Below, in pieces: positions 56,766 to 64,000 of a stretch of 64,000 nucleotides of DNA; position 1 is the stretch's first letter, and every line of letters begins with the position of its first letter. Origin of the DNA: Thermodesulfovibrio sp. (GTDB lineage Bacteria; Nitrospirota; Thermodesulfovibrionia; Thermodesulfovibrionales; Thermodesulfovibrionaceae); the NCBI GenBank assembly GCA_039630505.1, contig JBCNUV010000023.1, positions 52,670 to 116,669 on the forward strand. The letters are read 5' to 3'. The translations under genes were made by a program, and so were the position numbers. Below the pieces are notes generated by a model. It saw only the letters and a list, made by a program, of their open reading frames with translations. It had not been told where the DNA came from and did not search any database.

Positions 56766-58259
56766 AGCAAGCTTATTCAGAGCATTAATATAGGCTTTTG
56801 CAGATGCAATAATTATATCAGTATCAGAACCTTGACCTCTTACTGTATGTCCTCCTTCTTCAAGAATAACTGTTACTTCTCCTAAAGCATCGGTTCCGCC
56901 TGTTATTGCTTTTATCTCAAACTTATTCAACTCTGCCTTTGAACCTGTAAGAGCTGTTATAGCCTTGTATACCGAATCAACAGGGCCGTCTCCAGATGCT
57001 GTTATCTCCTTTTCTTCTCCATTTATCTTCATTCTCACTGTAGCTATTGGTTTTTTCTTTGTTCCGCTTGAAACTTCAAGATCTATAAGTTGATAAACCT
57101 CTGTAATTCTTAAAACTTCATCTGAGACCAATGCTTCAATGTCTTCATTGAATATGTACTTTTTCTGGTCAGCAAGTTTTTTAAATCTTTCAAAGGCTCG
57201 GTTTATCTCTTCTTCTGTTAGACTAAATCCAAGCTCTTGAAGTCTTTTCTTGAAAGCATGTCTTCCAGAGTGTTTTCCAAGCACAATCTTTGAACTTGGA
57301 ATTCCTATGTCTTCAGGTCTCATTATTTCATATGTGGTTCTTTCTTTAAGAACACCATCTTGATGAATTCCTGCTTCATGGGCAAAGGCATTAGCTCCAA
57401 CAATAGCCTTATTAGGTTGAACTACTATACCTGTAATCTTACTTACAAGTCTGCTTGTTCTGTAAATTTCCTGAGTTACAATCCCTGTGTCAGCTTTGAA
57501 AAAGTCGTTTCTTACCTTCAAAGCCATAACTATCTCTTCTAAGGCAGCATTTCCTGCTCTTTCTCCAATTCCATTTATAGTGCATTCAACCTGCCCTGCA
57601 CCCTTAAGTATGGCAGTAAGTGAGTTTGCAACAGCAAGTCCTAAGTCATTATGACAGTGCACACTTACCGTAGCCTTGTCTATATTTGGAACTTTATTCA
57701 TTATATACTCAATTAGTTGTCCATACTCTTGGGGAACTGTATATCCTACTGTATCAGGTATATTTACAGTTGTAGCACCTGCCTTTATTACCTCTTCAAT
57801 AACTTTACAGAGATAGTCCCAATCTGAACGTGTAGCATCTTCAGCTGAAAATTCAACATCATTTGTATACTGTCTTGCCTTTTTAACTGCTTTGACTGCA
57901 GCCTCAATTACTTGATCTCGATCCATTCTTAACTTATATTTAAGATGTATATCTGATGTAGCAATAAATGTATGTATTCTCCTCTGTTCAGCAGGCTTTA
58001 AAGCCTCAGCAGCTCTTTCAATATCCTCATCTTTGGCTCTACAAAGTCCTGCAATTACTACATCTTTAATTTCTTTTGAAATTCTATTTACAGCCTCAAA
58101 ATCTCCAGGAGATGCTATTGGAAATCCGGCCTCTATTATGTCAACGCCAAGCTTTTTAAGTTGTCTTGCTACCTGAAGTTTTTCTTCAACATTCATTGAT
58201 GCACCCGGAGACTGTTCTCCATCTCTTAAAGTAGTATCAAATATTTTTATCCTTCTCAT
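56745..58259 (-). CDS. leuA: 2-isopropylmalate synthase LeuA
   Basis: 504 aa. [31 protein letters not shown], and a LeuA allosteric C-terminal domain. Confidence 0.95.
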   Translation of the reverse strand: MRRIKIFDTTLRDGEQSPGASMNVEEKLQVARQLKKLGVDIIEAGFPIASPGDFEAVNRISKEIKDVVIAGLCRAKDEDIERAAEALKPAEQRRIHTFIATSDIHLKYKLRMDRDQVIEAAVKAVKKARQYTNDVEFSAEDATRSDWDYLCKVIEEVIKAGATTVNIPDTVGYTVPQEYGQLIEYIMNKVPNIDKATVSVHCHNDLGLAVANSLTAILKGAGQVECTINGIGERAGNAALEEIVMALKVRNDFFKADTGIVTQEIYRTSRLVSKITGIVVQPNKAIVGANAFAHEAGIHQDGVLKERTTYEIMRPEDIGIPSSKIVLGKHSGRHAFKKRLQELGFSLTEEEINRAFERFKKLADQKKYIFNEDIEALVSDEVLRITEVYQLIDLEVSSGTKKKPIATVRMKINGEEKEITASGDGPVDSVYKAITALTGSKAELNKFEIKAITGGTDALGEVTVILEEGGHTVRGQGSDTDIIIASAKAYINALNKLALKNLKT

Positions 58260-59018
58260 CTTGCACCTCTAAAGTTTGTCTATTTTGTTTGATTAGAATG
58301 ATTATATTTTCAATTATACCTAATAAAACATATAAACTGACAAGTACAAATATGGAGATGTTTGGGAAAATGAAGACAAAAAACAAAAGGAACATAAATA
58401 TTAAAAGAATCCAGCCTGGCTTCTTTTCTTTAAAATCAATTTCCTTTAAACCATGAAATTTAAGGGTACTTATCATTAAAAGAGAAAGTACAACTGTTAA
58501 AAATAAAAGAAATAGATTTTTTTCTGGCTGAAGATTTAGAACTTCAATATAGAATATTACTAATGCAGCAATCATTGTTGCTGCACCAGGAATTGGCAAA
58601 CCTTTAAAGGATTTAATTACAGAGGTTTGAACATTAAATCTTGCCAGTCTCAATGCACCACAGGAAACGAAAAGAAAAGATACTGCGAATCCAATTCTGC
58701 CAAAATCATCAAGAGCAAACATATATATAAGAATTGCTGGAGCTACTCCAAAAGTAACAAGATCAGACAGAGAATCAAGTTCAATGCCAAATCTTGTTGT
58801 TGTTCTTGTAAGTCTTGCCACTAATCCATCAAGTCCATCAAATATATTAGCTAAGATTATAGCCCAAGCAGCATGAATAAATTTTTCATTTATAGCTGAA
58901 AGTATTGCATAAAAACCTAAGAATAATCCACAAAGAGTAAGTGCATTAGGAAGTATATAAACTCCTCTTGCTGGTTTTCTAACAGGATCCCTGTATTTCT
59001 TAGATTTTCTTATCTTAA

Positions 59019-59022
<4 letters not shown>
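58237..59022 (-). CDS. pssA: CDP-diacylglycerol--serine O-phosphatidyltransferase
   Basis: 261 aa. CDP-alcohol phosphatidyltransferase motif [10 protein letters not shown] ... G.ELDSLSD. Confidence 0.9.
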
Positions 59023-60673
<1,651 letters not shown>

Positions 60674-60772
60674 TTACAAAATTTTAAAATTATAACACAT
60701 ACTTTTTATAGTTTTCACTTTATGTGTTGATACATTTGAATTTTAAAAAAATATTATGGTATTCTTTTATTT

Positions 60773-63520
60773 ATGTTTAAGGATTATAAAGAGACACTTA
60801 ATCTACCCCAGACAGACTTTCCAATGAAAGCAAATCTTGTAGAAAGAGAGCCTACTATTTTAAAGTTTTGGGAAGACAATAAAATATATGAAACTCTCGA
60901 AAATAAAAATAAAGCTCTTGGTGGAAAATGTTTTATTCTTCATGATGGACCACCTTATGCCAATGGACATATACATATCGGACATGCATTGAACAAGATT
61001 CTTAAAGATATAATAGTGAAATATTATTCAATGCTTGGTCATTATTGTCCCTTTGTTCCAGGATGGGATTGTCATGGTTTACCCATTGAGCTTCAAGTAG
61101 ACAAATCCTTAGGCAAAGAAAAAGAAAAAATTGATATTCTAAAAAAGAGACAGCTTTGTAGAGAGTATGCAGAGAAATTTATAAATATTCAAAGAGAAGA
61201 GTTTATTCGGCTTGGAGTTTTTGGTTACTGGGATAGCCCTTATATTACTATGTCAAATGAATATGAGGCTACAATTGTAAAGGAATTCCTTACATTTGTT
61301 AAAAATGGTTATGTATATCGTGGTAAAAAACCTGTTTATTGGTGTCCTTCATGTGTAACAGCATTGGCTGATGCAGAAGTTGAGTATGCTGATAAGGAGT
61401 CTCCTTCAATATTTGTTGCCTTTGAAGTAATTGATAGAGAAAAATTGCCAGTTAAAGAATTTCCCATTTATATCGTTATATGGACAACAACTCCATGGAC
61501 ACTACCTGCAAACTTAGCATTGGCTGTTCATCCAGATTTTGACTACATAGGAGTGAGAAGTTCAAAGGGAATACTTTTAATAGATAAAGAGGCAATCAAA
61601 AATCTAAAAGACAAAATTGATATTGATGAAAAACCATTATTTGAAGTAAAAGGTTCAAAACTTGAAGGCATAAGAGCAAAACATCCATTTATTGATAGAT
61701 TGTCAAAAGTAATAGTAGCTGATTTTGTCCAAACAGGTGAAGGCACAGGAGTAGTTCATATAGCACCTGGGCATGGAGAAGAAGACTATGAGATTGGACT
61801 AAAATATGGTCTTGATATCTATGCACCTGTTGACGATAAAGGTAGATTTACAGATGATGTCTTTCTTTTTAAAGGAGAAAATGTCTTTAAGGCAAATAAA
61901 GCAATAATAGAATATATGAAAAAAAATGGCTCATTAATATGGGAAGGAAAAATTACTCACTCTTATCCACATTGCTGGAGATGTAAAAAACCTATAATCT
62001 TCCGAGCAACAACTCAGTGGTTTATTTCAATGAGTCATAAAGACTTGCGCCATCGTGCTCTTCAAGAAATAGATAAAGTAAAGTGGATTCCTTCCTGGGG
62101 AAGAGACAGAATTTATTCAATGGTAGAAAAAAGACCTGATTGGTGTGTTTCTCGTCAAAGGGCATGGGGAGTGCCTATTACTCTATTTATTTGCAAAAAA
62201 TGCGGATATATAGTTAAAGATGAAAAACTTTTTGACAGAATATGTGAACTTGTTGAGAATGAAGGTTCTGATGTTTGGTTTAAAATAAATCTTGATGATT
62301 TACTTCCCAATTATTCATGTCCTGAATGTGGTTCAAAAGATTTTGATAAGGAAAAAGATATTCTTGATGTTTGGTTTGACTCAGGTGTAAGTCATGCAGC
62401 AGTTCTTGATAAAGATCCAAGACTTAGCTGGCCTGCTGATATTTATCTTGAAGGAAGTGACCAACACAGAGGATGGTTTCAGAGTTCATTAATAGCCGCA
62501 CTTGGCACTAAAGGAAAAGCTCCCTATAAAATTGTCCTTACTCATGGATTTACAGTGGACGGACAAGGAAGAAAAATGTCAAAATCTCTTGGAAATGTAA
62601 TATCTCCTCAGGAAATTATAAAAAATAATGGAGCTGATATTATAAGATTATGGGTTTCAGCAGAAGACTACAGAGATGACATAAAACTTTCACAGGAAAT
62701 TTTACAAAGACTTACAGAAGCTTACAGAAAAATAAGAAACACTCTAAGATATCTTCTTGGAAATCTTTATGACTATGATGGTAAGGACTACTCAGGAGAA
62801 CTTCTTGAGATAGACAGATGGGCAATGATGCGACTTCAAAAGTTAATTGAAAGAGTAAAAATTGCATATGAAAACTTTGAGTTTCATCAAGTCTTTCACT
62901 CAGTGCATAACTTCTGCGTTAAAGACATGAGCGCTTTCTATCTTGATATCTTAAAAGACAGACTTTATACATTTAAATCTGACTCTACAGAAAGAAGAGC
63001 AGCACAATGGGTCTTATATAATATTGCTGAATGTCTAATTAAACTAATTGCTCCCATCCTTTCATTCACAGCAGAAGAGGCATGGCAACATCTACCATTT
63101 AAAAGAACCAAAAGCGTATTTTTAGAAAAGATGCCAGAAAAAGATGAAAGATTTGTAGATGAAGAGCTTCATTCAAAATGGGAAAAACTAATTCAAATAA
63201 GAGATGAAGTCAATAAAGCTCTGGAAATAAAAAGACAAGAAAAGTTTATAGGAAACTCTTTGGAAGCCAAAGTGATACTTTATGTTAATCATAAATTAAA
63301 GGATTTTTTATTACCTTATTATGATTTTCTACCAACACTTTTTATAGTCTCACAAGTAGAATTAAAAGATTTAGAGTCTCAGGATGTTGAGCTTAAAGTA
63401 ACGATAGATAAAGCCGAAGGAAATAAATGTCAAAGATGTTGGAACTACTCTCCAACTGTTGGAAAACTTGAAATTCCTGATTTGTGTCAGCGATGTTATC
63501 ATGTCATTAAATCTCATTAA
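60773..63520 (+). CDS. ileS: Isoleucine--tRNA ligase
   Basis: 915 aa. HIGH-class motif PYANGHIHIGHALNK, KMSKS, and C-terminal Zn motif CQRCW ... CQRC. Confidence 0.97.
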   Translation: MFKDYKETLNLPQTDFPMKANLVEREPTILKFWEDNKIYETLENKNKALGGKCFILHDGPPYANGHIHIGHALNKILKDIIVKYYSMLGHYCPFVPGWDCHGLPIELQVDKSLGKEKEKIDILKKRQLCREYAEKFINIQREEFIRLGVFGYWDSPYITMSNEYEATIVKEFLTFVKNGYVYRGKKPVYWCPSCVTALADAEVEYADKESPSIFVAFEVIDREKLPVKEFPIYIVIWTTTPWTLPANLALAVHPDFDYIGVRSSKGILLIDKEAIKNLKDKIDIDEKPLFEVKGSKLEGIRAKHPFIDRLSKVIVADFVQTGEGTGVVHIAPGHGEEDYEIGLKYGLDIYAPVDDKGRFTDDVFLFKGENVFKANKAIIEYMKKNGSLIWEGKITHSYPHCWRCKKPIIFRATTQWFISMSHKDLRHRALQEIDKVKWIPSWGRDRIYSMVEKRPDWCVSRQRAWGVPITLFICKKCGYIVKDEKLFDRICELVENEGSDVWFKINLDDLLPNYSCPECGSKDFDKEKDILDVWFDSGVSHAAVLDKDPRLSWPADIYLEGSDQHRGWFQSSLIAALGTKGKAPYKIVLTHGFTVDGQGRKMSKSLGNVISPQEIIKNNGADIIRLWVSAEDYRDDIKLSQEILQRLTEAYRKIRNTLRYLLGNLYDYDGKDYSGELLEIDRWAMMRLQKLIERVKIAYENFEFHQVFHSVHNFCVKDMSAFYLDILKDRLYTFKSDSTERRAAQWVLYNIAECLIKLIAPILSFTAEEAWQHLPFKRTKSVFLEKMPEKDERFVDEELHSKWEKLIQIRDEVNKALEIKRQEKFIGNSLEAKVILYVNHKLKDFLLPYYDFLPTLFIVSQVELKDLESQDVELKVTIDKAEGNKCQRCWNYSPTVGKLEIPDLCQRCYHVIKSH

Positions 63521-63944
63521 AGCTTTCTTATTAGTTTGTTCTGTTATCTTTATTGATCAAAGTACAAAGTATTTTGCTGTCAAGTTCTTAGCTCCTGATG
63601 GAACAATAAATTTATTACCTTTTTTAAATTTAGTTTATGTTGAAAACAAAGGCTCAGCCTTTGGAATGTTTAAATTTCTCGGTTCAGAGTTTTTTATCTT
63701 TATAGCCATAATAGTCACATTTTTTCTAATTTATATGTATCTTAAAGACTCTAAAAACTGGTTTATTTACTCCATAATATTTGCAGGAGCATTAGGAAAT
63801 ACTATTGATAGAATGGTATATGGACATGTTGTAGATTTCATAGATCTTTATATAGGACAGTTTCACTGGCCAGCCTTCAATGTGGCTGACTCAGCAATAA
63901 GTATAGGAGTTGTTCTTTTTCTATACAAAAGCTTAAAAAAATGA
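63501..63944 (+). CDS. lspA: Lipoprotein signal peptidase (signal peptidase II)
   Basis: Start set at the internal MSLNLIK. Motifs NKGSAFG, GNTIDR, VVDFID, FNVADS. Confidence 0.9.
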   Translation: MSLNLIKAFLLVCSVIFIDQSTKYFAVKFLAPDGTINLLPFLNLVYVENKGSAFGMFKFLGSEFFIFIAIIVTFFLIYMYLKDSKNWFIYSIIFAGALGNTIDRMVYGHVVDFIDLYIGQFHWPAFNVADSAISIGVVLFLYKSLKK

Positions 63945-64000
63945 AAATTTTTACCTACTCTGAAAAGGAAACGAAGATTTTAGGAAAAATGATAGGATTC
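63941..64000 (+). CDS. Partial ORF (N-terminal 20 codons), possibly TsaE/YjeE-like
   Basis: ATGA overlap with the lspA stop. The MKIFTYSEKETKILGKMIGF pattern resembles TsaE N-termini. Truncated by the window edge. Confidence 0.3.
   Translation, partial: MKIFTYSEKETKILGKMIGF

Overview
The window is gene-dense and AT-rich, with about 80 protein-coding genes. Many are translationally coupled through ATGA or short overlaps. The Lys/Glu/Ile-rich proteins and the anaerobe-type enzymes (indolepyruvate:ferredoxin oxidoreductase, radical-SAM enzymes, small ferredoxin) suggest a thermophilic anaerobe, possibly Thermodesulfovibrio/Nitrospirota-like; this is inference only. I found no rRNA, tRNA, CRISPR array, transposase, integrase or prophage genes.

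Gene content from start to end:
- two flagellar stator pairs (motAB) with a PilZ gene between them
- an SNF-transporter/bioB/bioW/lipid-kinase operon
- a radical-SAM gene followed by hemE, purN, rsmD and coaD, then dksA
- a mini-NagA gene divergent from a DUF1460 gene, then a CDF transporter
- an rpsF-ssb-rpsR operon that continues into two DUF507 genes and an HNH gene
- a degenerate sigma54-activator-like regulator, then nadD and proA
- a ferredoxin, then NUDIX, HIT, hisI and cimA
- a rearranged iorA / iorB-paaK-ACT-paaK-ACT arylacetate cluster
- fabG-acpP-fabF and an L,D-transpeptidase
- a 535-bp non-coding gap, then a TAXI-TRAP transporter operon
- a long Mrp/Mbh-type antiporter-like operon
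- an auxin-efflux-carrier (AEC) family permease
- a heme operon: P-loop gene, ccsA-like, hemA, hemC, cobA/hemD, hemY
- a PAS histidine kinase, ogt and a DUF815 ATPase
- ilvC-psd-pssA-leuA, ileS, lspA and a partial tsaE-like start

The best candidate for an undescribed system is the minus-strand cluster at 36433-46248. It begins with a CBS-domain gene, followed by mrpEFG, split MrpB/MbhD/E-like pieces and mrpC. It then carries three NuoL/M/N-like antiporter subunits, against the two of a canonical Mrp, plus two tiny membrane proteins. It ends with an orphan 226-aa Cys/His protein and a tandem USP. The Cys-x-Asp ... His ... Cys layout of the orphan is compatible with a beta-carbonic-anhydrase-like (LCIB-type) zinc site. 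I therefore propose a cation-gradient-coupled CO2/bicarbonate module, conceptually like DabAB or CupA/NDH-1. This is a hypothesis, not a demonstrated homology.
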